Part shown: positions 55,763 to 63,386 of the stretch, piece by piece
Layout of the letters: each line of letters begins with the position of its first letter
How positions within the stretch are numbered: the first letter of the stretch is position 1
From: an uncultured Gammaproteobacteria bacterium
GTDB taxonomy: Bacteria > Patescibacteriota > Microgenomatia > UBA8517
Direction: 5' to 3'
Assembly (NCBI GenBank): GCA_964583685.1
Contig: CAZOVJ010000002.1
Coordinates: forward strand, 277,862 to 341,861
DNA: 64,000 bases
Notes under the pieces: model-generated
The model's input: only the letters and a program-made list of their open reading frames with translations
Databases searched by the model: none
What the model was told of the DNA's origin: nothing
Translations under genes and position numbers: made by a program

Positions 55763-56285
55763 GTGATTCTAAGATTTTATAACTGACGACAGCCGCTGTG
55801 CCCCAGACATTGAAGGATTTATTGATACCAAACATAGGTAATTCAACGATGATGTCTGCCGCACCTAGGACCTTTGCATCAATACCACTGCTTTCATTAC
55901 CGACCACTATTGCCAAAGGAAAATTGGGCCTGAGCTCTGAGTAGGGGATAGAATTTTTATGTTGTTCTAGAACAATAATCTGAATTTTCTGTCCCCTGAG
56001 CTCTTTGATGGTTGTCAAGGTCGAGTCCCTTTTCTCCCAGGGAACCCAATTTTCAGTTCCCACCGCTGCCTTATGGATACGAGAGGAGGGAGGATATTCC
56101 ATCTGGCCACAGAGAAAGATTTTTTTACAGGCAATGGCGTCGGCCAACCTGAAAAAAGAGCCGATATTGTAAGTATCAATGATTTTATCCAGGACAAGAT
56201 AAATCGGATTTCTCTTAATCCTGGCCAGCTCCGACCTTTTAGGTTTTGTTTTTCTCAATTCAGCAGCACCTAGTTTTTTAGTCAT
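55728..56285 (-). CDS. SpoU/TrmH-family RNA 2'-O-methyltransferase
   Basis: LVLDKIIDTYNIGSFFRLADA, VVGNESSGI and a SPOUT C-terminal knot region. Its 3' end overlaps the DsbA-like gene convergently by 35 nt. Confidence 0.7.
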   Translation of the reverse strand: MTKKLGAAELRKTKPKRSELARIKRNPIYLVLDKIIDTYNIGSFFRLADAIACKKIFLCGQMEYPPSSRIHKAAVGTENWVPWEKRDSTLTTIKELRGQKIQIIVLEQHKNSIPYSELRPNFPLAIVVGNESSGIDAKVLGAADIIVELPMFGINKSFNVWGTAAVVSYKILESLNPEVPGLLSF

Positions 56286-56330
56286 CTTTAGAGAGTCCTC
56301 GGCTGCGGGGCAGGGTATCCTACGCTTAAG

Positions 56331-56654
56331 CTACGGATTACCATAGTATCCTTTCTTTTGCTTCGGACTACTTATCCTGCCCCTTAAGAAATCTTTCTTC
56401 AAGACTACAGAAATTAATCTCTTATAAGCAAATGCTTTACCTGAACCTGTTTTCAAATAAAGCTCAAAATCTCTAGCCTCCTTTTCTGTGTTAAATGCGC
56501 CGTACCAAACCAATTTCCAAGGCCGGTGTGCTTTCGTTGATTTTATCCTACCTTCGTTATGCAGCTTAAATCGTAACTTTAAATCTCTGGTTGAACCAAA
56601 GTAAAAGATATGAGATTTCTCGCTTAATAAGATGTATGAATAGAATCTTAGCAT
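56331..56654 (-). CDS. GIY-YIG nuclease-domain protein (UPF0213-like)
   Basis: FYSYILLSEKSHIFYFGSTRDLKLRFKLHN carries the GIY...YxG...R...E...N pattern; 107 aa. Confidence 0.7.
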   Translation of the reverse strand: MLRFYSYILLSEKSHIFYFGSTRDLKLRFKLHNEGRIKSTKAHRPWKLVWYGAFNTEKEARDFELYLKTGSGKAFAYKRLISVVLKKDFLRGRISSPKQKKGYYGNP

Positions 56655-56893
56655 GCCATTCTGTAGCTATACTTCGCTATTCCATAGCTACGTAGTAGCG
56701 ACGGATAGCCTTGGCGAAAGATGGCTGCACATCGTGAATAACATTAGAACAATACTTCAAGAGACAACTGAGTATGTTTACATCCCCGATGTCTGCCCAC
56801 AACAAGTGTAATTATAAAGAATTTACCTCACTAAATTCTAGTATGCCGTTAACTTCTAGATGCAACCTAAAGCCTGCTTACATCTTATCCTTT

Positions 56894-59131
56894 TTAACTT
56901 GCAGAGAAAGGAGATTTACTATCCAATATCGCTCTCCTTATAGAAAGTGGCAGGTTGTAAGTCATATTAAAAGCCCAATACTCAAGTAATTTACCTTCTC
57001 CTCCAAATACAGGCACAGTGTCAACTATTTTTGACACATAGTAATCACCGAGAAGAAGAGACATATCGTTATAGTAAGAGAACATCTCTAGTGGAGCAAA
57101 GATATTCCCTATAACTCTCCATGGTGCTGAAACAGCCCCTAAAGCTCGACTGAAAAGTAACTTACTATCTCTATTCTTAACGATATGTGGCATTTCAGAA
57201 GCGAGTTGAGCTAAAACATAAGCCTCTCTTAGGATGCCTGAAGGAGATATTGGATTTAATGCCGCAACTCCTAAAGGAAGGAAATCGCTAGTTGATAAAC
57301 CATAAGCAGCTAACACCAGGTAGAGAGTTTTTGAGACTGCTTCTGTGCCAACCGTAAAACCTAAATCTCTAATAAACCCCTGCATTCTTTTTTCTCCGAC
57401 CTGTTTTATCAACTCTTCCGCTTGTTCTGGTGTAACAATGCCTCTTTCAAGTTGGGAACTGACTATATCACCAAGCCAATCTTCTCTATATTTTCTATCA
57501 ACGAATAAACGAGCTGGTTGAACTATTAGTTTTCGAACCAGTTCTGTGCGAGTCTCTGAGTCCGTTGCTAGCCGATGTAAACCCTTTGGTTGCCAACTTA
57601 GGAACAATTTATCGGCTAAATATCTTGGGGTAGAAACAGTAAGAGATGTTGCTCTTTCCGTGGTTATTCGTTGTTGACCTTCCCACCCAAGAAGATCGTT
57701 GTATTTACTAATATCAATTACTTCTCTTAAATAACCTGGTTTTCTTAAAATGTTATTCAAATGTTGTCTATATCTTTCATTTCCCAAAAGACGCATCAAC
57801 GGCTGTCCTACCATAGGTGTATTGTCCAGGATGAGGTAAGGTAAATATCTTTTCGACCCGTCTCTTAATTGTGTTGCTTCTGCCTCTGAGACCTTACCAA
57901 GCCTCTGCCAATCACCGATAGTTGCTTTCCTAACTTTTTCTTGAAGTTCCTTGTCTTTTAGAATTCGTGTTCTCATATGCCATAAATTAGGCAAGCCGCT
58001 TCTATACCTTTCATCATCCTCTTTCAGTCGTTGTATTAAACCATCGACAGAACTAAACGATTCTGTATGCGCTGCAAGATAAGAATCTAGTTTCTTAAAA
58101 TCTACCTCGTCAAAGTGAGCAAAAACGCCTCTTTTTAATCCATCAAATATAATTCTTGCATGAACGGGTGAAAGAGGAAGGAAAAAAGGAACAGCTAAAC
58201 CTGGCTGGCAATCAACTGCCGCAAATTCTGAAAGACCAGTTTTTTGATCATTTCTGGTTAAAACATTTGCTTGAGAAACGAGAGTATACCACTCGTATTG
58301 CCGAGCAAGTCCCAAAGCACCAATATCATGGCACACCCTTACTAGATCGTCCATAAAAACTCTCTTACGCCTCATTTCTGAATCAGGATGTTCTCTTGTT
58401 TTTCCTAACAACCTTAAAACCATTTTGTCATCAGCTTCGTATCGTGAACTCCTTCCGTTAACCCATTCGTGAACTCCAGCAAAACTTCCAACTTCGCTAT
58501 CCCAGTAATATCCAAATGGTTTTGCTACCGCAGAATCTGTTCCAAGTTCAATGTTTGTGGCTACCCGAAGAAGTTGCTGCCATATAAGCGCCGATCTTAA
58601 AGCCTCTTCTCTCAATCGAGGGGTAAAAGAAGCCTGATAGCTTAACTTAAAAAGTAAATCACGGAAAGCCTCTTTCCATTTGCTTTTTGGTCTTAGTACC
58701 TTGAGTGCGACAGGATTTTTGTCTCCATCTTCTTTAGAAGCATCATAGATTACGCCTTTCTCAGGCATTGCTCGGTAAACTTGACCAGCAAACCCACTTC
58801 CTGGACTTGTTTCTATGTTAAATCGCTCTATACCCAAGCCGTTACCATCTAAGGCACGAACATTTGCCTCAACATTTTCACCAATAAAATATCCATTTCT
58901 TTTCGGTTTGACTAAAATCTCACCTGATTTAATTCTATTATCAAGTTGGCGTCGAAAAGCAGTTGCTGAATCTTCTGGTGGTTGAGAGGTTGAAGAATAA
59001 ATTAGAACCTCATGAGAGGTAGTATTGAGTTGCACAGAGGGCGTGGCATCTTGTTCAAGTTGGGCAGGCAATTCTGATTGTGGAACTCCTCTTGGAATAA
59101 AACCAGGGGGGTTAATTGCCTCTTTTGACAT
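56894..59131 (-). CDS. atypical protein-kinase-like protein (ABC1/UbiB-like glycine loop and VAxK), 745 aa
   Basis: GSGFAGQVYRA (rc of 58769-58801) followed by PVALKVLRP (rc of 58688-58711), a DCQPG (DFG-like) motif, and a ~300-aa C-terminal extension with no match. The Gly-loop nucleotide coordinates were derived arithmetically from the ORF start and not re-read from the sequence. Apparent GC is higher than in neighbouring core genes. Confidence 0.5.
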   Translation of the reverse strand: MSKEAINPPGFIPRGVPQSELPAQLEQDATPSVQLNTTSHEVLIYSSTSQPPEDSATAFRRQLDNRIKSGEILVKPKRNGYFIGENVEANVRALDGNGLGIERFNIETSPGSGFAGQVYRAMPEKGVIYDASKEDGDKNPVALKVLRPKSKWKEAFRDLLFKLSYQASFTPRLREEALRSALIWQQLLRVATNIELGTDSAVAKPFGYYWDSEVGSFAGVHEWVNGRSSRYEADDKMVLRLLGKTREHPDSEMRRKRVFMDDLVRVCHDIGALGLARQYEWYTLVSQANVLTRNDQKTGLSEFAAVDCQPGLAVPFFLPLSPVHARIIFDGLKRGVFAHFDEVDFKKLDSYLAAHTESFSSVDGLIQRLKEDDERYRSGLPNLWHMRTRILKDKELQEKVRKATIGDWQRLGKVSEAEATQLRDGSKRYLPYLILDNTPMVGQPLMRLLGNERYRQHLNNILRKPGYLREVIDISKYNDLLGWEGQQRITTERATSLTVSTPRYLADKLFLSWQPKGLHRLATDSETRTELVRKLIVQPARLFVDRKYREDWLGDIVSSQLERGIVTPEQAEELIKQVGEKRMQGFIRDLGFTVGTEAVSKTLYLVLAAYGLSTSDFLPLGVAALNPISPSGILREAYVLAQLASEMPHIVKNRDSKLLFSRALGAVSAPWRVIGNIFAPLEMFSYYNDMSLLLGDYYVSKIVDTVPVFGGEGKLLEYWAFNMTYNLPLSIRRAILDSKSPFSAS

Positions 59132-59185
59132 GTTTAATTTTAATTTTCATTCTATGCTTTTAACAGTAAATAATAAAACTTCGGT

Positions 59186-59220
59186 AATTATACATCTTTT
59201 TGATCAGAAATTGTATAATT
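59186..59220. promoter_or_regulatory. 9-bp perfect inverted repeat AATTATACA-N17-TGTATAATT forming two divergent extended -10 (TGnTATAAT) elements
   Basis: Read from the sequence: 59186-59194 and 59212-59220. Each arm reads TGTATAAT on the strand of the gene it faces (the kinase-like gene leftward, HTH and PHP-ATPase rightward). Confidence 0.45.
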
Positions 59221-59230
59221 GTGTTGAGGT

Positions 59231-59422
59231 ATGCCGAAGATTAAAGACGAATTACCAAAACTCTTAACCATAAAACAAACAGCTGACATTCTAAATGTGC
59301 ATGTAGAGACTTTACGGAGATGGGGCAAAAGCGGAAAACTAAAAGCTATTAGAGTTAATAAACGGGGTGATAGGCGCTATGACCCCAGAGATATTGAAGC
59401 AATACTGAAAAACAAAAAATAA
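59231..59422 (+). CDS. excisionase/MerR-type helix-turn-helix DNA-binding protein
   Basis: 63 aa; LLTIKQTADILNVHVETLRRWGKSGKLKAIRV is typical of the excisionase-family HTH (AlpA/Xis-like). Its stop is 2 nt before the large ATPase gene. Confidence 0.7.
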   Translation: MPKIKDELPKLLTIKQTADILNVHVETLRRWGKSGKLKAIRVNKRGDRRYDPRDIEAILKNKK

Positions 59423-59424
59423 AT

Positions 59425-62289
59425 ATGAAATATCCAAAAGGTTCTGAATGGCGAAAGTGGGATCTACATATTCACAGCCCGCTTTCAATCCTAGCCAATA
59501 AATACCCTAAACTGCCAGACGGCAAGCCAGATTGGGAAAAATTCTTAAAAAGCCTTGAAGAGTTGGACATTGCAGTTGTTGGTATAACCGATTACTTCTC
59601 AATAGAAGGATATAAAAAAATCTTAGATTTCAAAAAGGCTGGTAGGTTAAAGAATATCGATCTTATTCTGCCCAATATCGAGTTTAGGTTAAACTGTGTC
59701 ATTGCAAGTAAAAAGGATGGAGCTAAACCAAGACGATTAAATTATCATGTGATCTTCTCGAATGAGGTGTCACCTCAGGACATCGAAGAACACTTTCTGC
59801 ATGACCTTCATTTTTACTATGAGGGCAATCCCCAAAGCAAAGATGAAAGTCGTAAGTTAAAACTTTCCAATTTGAAGGTATTAGGAAATCAACTTATATC
59901 TCAACATGCTCCTTTCAAAGGAAGAGACCCGTTGGAGTTAGGCGCATCAAATGCTGTTGTAAGCCATGAAGAAATAACGGAATTGTTGAGTGGGGATAGT
60001 CGCTTCAAAGGAAAATATCTCCTTGTCCTTCCAGAGGAACTAACAAACTTGATTGACTGGGATGGTCAAGACCATCTTATTCGGAAAGGGCTTCTCCAAA
60101 AATCAGATATGCTGTTTTCCTCTAATCCCAAAACTGTCCAATGGTGTCTTGGGAAACCGCCCTACATGGAAGGAGAGAGAAAATTCAAAAAGGAGTTTAA
60201 GACCTTGAAATCCTGTATCCACGGATCGGATAGCCACTGTATTGATGATGTTGGGATTCCATGTGCCAAAAGGGGTGACCCCAGTCATAAGTGCGACGGA
60301 AAGCCAAATACCTGCGATTTAAGATTCTGTTGGATAAAAGCTGACCCGACCTTTGAGGGACTAAAACAACTTTTGTATGAACCAGAGGAGAGAGTCTCAA
60401 TCCAAACTAATTGCCCAATACCTCCCAGAAGTAATTTAACGATTGTCAAAGTTAAAATTCCAGAGTCGAAAATCAACGATGAGCTGTCCATTGCTAACAC
60501 AGAAATAGAACTTAACCCAGGCTTGGTTGCCGTAGCAGGAGGTAAAGGAACTGGCAAAACCGCCTTCGTTGACCAGATTGCTAACTGTTACTTTAATCGA
60601 GTGGATTCTGGCGATGAGAATTCCTTTGTGAGGAGAATTTCAGATCAGAATCCTGACTTAAAAATCGAATTAACTTTCAAGGATAAATCAACTTTTTCAA
60701 AAAAAGCCACAGACCTATTACTTTTTGAAGAGGGGCAAATTGCTTATATCGCTCAGGGAGAACTAGAACAGTATATTGGAGAAAGGTCGGATCTTGACGA
60801 ATATCTTAATGACTTAATCTTCCAAAGTCCGAAAATACAAAATTCAGTAGAAAAATACGAATTTTCAAAGACTCAAACATCAATAGACGATCTCAGACAA
60901 AAAATTCAGAAGAAGTCAGAATCGATTGAGTTAATAGAGCAAGCAACTAAAACAGAAGCCATTGAAAAGGCAAAAATTAAAGAAAAACAGTCCAAAGCAG
61001 AATTGGAAGATATAACCCAAAGAATCACAGAGCTTGAAAAGAGGCTTAGTGATAAAAAGGTCAAGCTCGCAAAGAAAAAACAAAAAGCAATAGCGAGATT
61101 AAAAAACAGAAGAGACTTGTTTATTAAATTAAAAAAGGAATTAACGCAGGCAATCGACTTCATTGATCAAGAATTTCCAAACTTTAACTCTTACATCTCC
61201 TCTATCAACAAACTGCTCAAAAAGTTAGAAATTCCAGAACCATTTCCCGATTTAGCGTATCCTGACAAGGATAAGTTGCAAGAAAAATTAGATTATATTG
61301 AGCAGGAAATAAACGAGGTAATTAAAAAGATCGGGAAAGCCCAAAAGGACATCGATAAGTTTGAAGCAGGCATACGAACCCACACATCAATGCTTGATAA
61401 AAAGAGAGAGGCTAAAATCACTCTAAATCAAGCTAAGGAGGAAAATAAAAAATTAAAGAAGAAGAAAAAAGAGCTTGCGTCTAAAAGCAAAGAAAGGAAA
61501 AAGTTATTTACCCAGATGGTTACTGCCTTCCTTGAACTGAAGAAAAAGTATGACGAGATTATCTCGCTATTTTCTGTAGACAAGGCACAAGTTCTATCTG
61601 ATCTCGATTTCGTCGCAGAGGTTAATTTTGATTCAAAACAACTACTCAAAAACGCAGAGGACATTGTTGACAACAGGAGAGTTACAGTCAGACCAGAAGA
61701 TGGCGATGACTGGGTATTCAAGGGCTTAGTCGGACTTTATAAGGAAGTTGCAGCTGGCGACGAAACCAAAATTAAAACTTTAACTGACGAGATAGAGCGT
61801 TTGAATAAGGACTTGAAGGATAAGATAAAAACTTCAAGCGCTATAAGTATTGGCGATTTTTATAAATTCCTATACGGCAGCTACCTGGAAGTCATCCCTG
61901 TTGTCAAATACAAGAATACCAGCGTCAATAAGCTCTCGCTGGGGCAAAAAGCGACAGTCCTTATCAAGATTTATTTAGCTGAGGGGGACAAACCTATTAT
62001 CATCGACTCGCATGACGACCATCTTGATAATGAATTCATCATGGACGAGCTTATTTGTTCTATAAGAGAAGCTAAAAAGTATCGACAGATTATCTTAGTA
62101 TCCAATAACGGCAATGTTGTTATAAATAGTGATGCAGAACAGGTCATTTTGGCAAACAGGGACAGCAATGGAAAAATCTCGTATATCTCTGGTTCAATAG
62201 AAGAGCCAAAGATTAGAAATAGAGCGGTTAAGGTATTAGAGGGCGGATCAGAAGCATTTAGGAAACGGCAACAAAAATACAGAATATGA
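59425..62289 (+). CDS. PHP-domain phosphoesterase fused to a Rad50/SbcC-like coiled-coil ABC ATPase (candidate defence/DNA-surveillance protein)
   Basis: PHP motifs WDLHIHS (59461-59478), GITDYF and HGSDSH (approx. 60220-60240); Walker A GGKGTGKT (60538-60561); a ~320-aa Lys/Glu-rich heptad coiled coil; ABC signature LSLGQKA (61933-61953); Walker B/D-loop PIIIDSHDDHLD (61993-62028). 954 aa. Confidence 0.6.
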   Translation: MKYPKGSEWRKWDLHIHSPLSILANKYPKLPDGKPDWEKFLKSLEELDIAVVGITDYFSIEGYKKILDFKKAGRLKNIDLILPNIEFRLNCVIASKKDGAKPRRLNYHVIFSNEVSPQDIEEHFLHDLHFYYEGNPQSKDESRKLKLSNLKVLGNQLISQHAPFKGRDPLELGASNAVVSHEEITELLSGDSRFKGKYLLVLPEELTNLIDWDGQDHLIRKGLLQKSDMLFSSNPKTVQWCLGKPPYMEGERKFKKEFKTLKSCIHGSDSHCIDDVGIPCAKRGDPSHKCDGKPNTCDLRFCWIKADPTFEGLKQLLYEPEERVSIQTNCPIPPRSNLTIVKVKIPESKINDELSIANTEIELNPGLVAVAGGKGTGKTAFVDQIANCYFNRVDSGDENSFVRRISDQNPDLKIELTFKDKSTFSKKATDLLLFEEGQIAYIAQGELEQYIGERSDLDEYLNDLIFQSPKIQNSVEKYEFSKTQTSIDDLRQKIQKKSESIELIEQATKTEAIEKAKIKEKQSKAELEDITQRITELEKRLSDKKVKLAKKKQKAIARLKNRRDLFIKLKKELTQAIDFIDQEFPNFNSYISSINKLLKKLEIPEPFPDLAYPDKDKLQEKLDYIEQEINEVIKKIGKAQKDIDKFEAGIRTHTSMLDKKREAKITLNQAKEENKKLKKKKKELASKSKERKKLFTQMVTAFLELKKKYDEIISLFSVDKAQVLSDLDFVAEVNFDSKQLLKNAEDIVDNRRVTVRPEDGDDWVFKGLVGLYKEVAAGDETKIKTLTDEIERLNKDLKDKIKTSSAISIGDFYKFLYGSYLEVIPVVKYKNTSVNKLSLGQKATVLIKIYLAEGDKPIIIDSHDDHLDNEFIMDELICSIREAKKYRQIILVSNNGNVVINSDAEQVILANRDSNGKISYISGSIEEPKIRNRAVKVLEGGSEAFRKRQQKYRI

Positions 62290-62432
62290 CATTTGCTTTA
62301 ATTGTAAGCCCCTGTGTTGACTTCTGTGGGACTTTCCAGCCTCAAGTGACCATATGCCAAGCTCAAATCAGCTTTGGGGGAGATTTGCAAAGGTTAGTGC
62401 CTAGTTTACCCGCCTACAGCTTTTGTCCAGTC

Positions 62433-63029
62433 TTATTTCACCTGGGCAAACTCTCTTCCATCAGGAGTAACACACTTTCTTGGTTCACCAGTTCTTTGAG
62501 AATACTGCTCTGATGAGAGCTGCCCTCTGGCTTCAACACAATCCTCATATGTTTCTACCCATTTGAATCTGTCATTTATTGAAGGGGCAAGATCGCCTCC
62601 AGGAAGAAGTTCTGGGTAGAACATGCCTGGGCAACCATGACTGCAATCATCAAACTTGCCTTCGTTCAGTAAAACTTCAGCCAACTCCCAAGCACTCATT
62701 GTTTGAGAAATCTCATAAGTAGTTTGAGTATTGATGGTGTTGTTGCTAATGCTAATTGCTCCCTCTTGCCCAGGGGTGGCATCTTCGGCATGCCCCAGGG
62801 CATATTTGAAGGCATCCTCGTCTTTGATAAAGCCATAGTAGCGAAGATTGCTGACAACACCCATTAAAGTAGCTTCTTTGCCGATGCGGAATTGAACCAC
62901 TTGGGCATTTTGTCTTGGTGCTTCAAACTTGCTTTGACGAGACTTGGTGAAATAAACGGCAATGCTTGCCAGCAAGACAAGAGCAACAACAATTAGTGGG
63001 ATAGTTGGTAGTTTTTTCTTCATGTTCAT
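62433..63029 (-). CDS. hypothetical secreted/membrane-anchored Cys-containing protein
   Basis: N-terminal signal/TM (LPTIPLIVVALVLLASIAVYF), a CSHGCPG motif, and a strong SD AAAGGAGGTGA upstream; 198 aa. Confidence 0.4.
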   Translation of the reverse strand: MNMKKKLPTIPLIVVALVLLASIAVYFTKSRQSKFEAPRQNAQVVQFRIGKEATLMGVVSNLRYYGFIKDEDAFKYALGHAEDATPGQEGAISISNNTINTQTTYEISQTMSAWELAEVLLNEGKFDDCSHGCPGMFYPELLPGGDLAPSINDRFKWVETYEDCVEARGQLSSEQYSQRTGEPRKCVTPDGREFAQVK

Positions 63030-63100
63030 TTTAATTTTTCACCTCCTTTCGTTAAGAATTAGCCTTAACTTACTAGAGGTTTCGGATGTTAACTTCCTTT

Positions 63101-63225
63101 GGGGGAGATTGTCAAATCCAGGGAAAACAAAAAGCTCCCCACAGCGATGGGCTTACGCCCACCTGCCACCCTTTCGGATGACAGCCTCGACGGCGCTCTG
63201 TGAAGAGCTTATTGCCGTCGAGGTC
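63101..63225 (-). ncRNA. candidate structured cis-regulatory RNA in the 5' leader of the 62433..63029 gene (unclassified)
   Basis: A GC-rich block in an AT-rich intergenic region. On the minus strand it folds as a 10-bp stem (63185-94/63214-23) enclosing an inner hairpin, a 9-bp hairpin with a GAAA tetraloop (63163-84; needs G-U pairs, so only stable on the minus strand), a GGGC-GUAA-GCCC hairpin (63148-59), and a GGGGAG/CUCCCC long-range pair (63102-07/63135-40). Confidence 0.35.
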
Positions 63226-63386
63226 TTCAATGCCATGCCCTAAAAGGGTTTAGGCAATATGCTTGTATTTTATCAATTTAACAATTTTCTTGCCATACCC
63301 CTTAGTTTTGGCTTAAAGACATCATATTTGATAAAATTATCATTAGAAGGCACTTTAGGTGGTGCAATTAAATTACCCGATATTAC

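Noticed and set aside
56774-56989. 71-aa + ORF between the GIY-YIG and kinase-like genes.
   Set aside because: It overlaps the 3' end of the kinase-like gene on the opposite strand and has no SD or homology. The intergenic region is better explained as operon spacer.
63185-63223. The 10-bp GC hairpin as a plus-strand rho-independent terminator.
   Set aside because: No plus-strand gene ends upstream of it and there is no U-tract after it. The neighbouring hairpins are stable only on the minus strand, so it is treated as part of a minus-strand structured leader.
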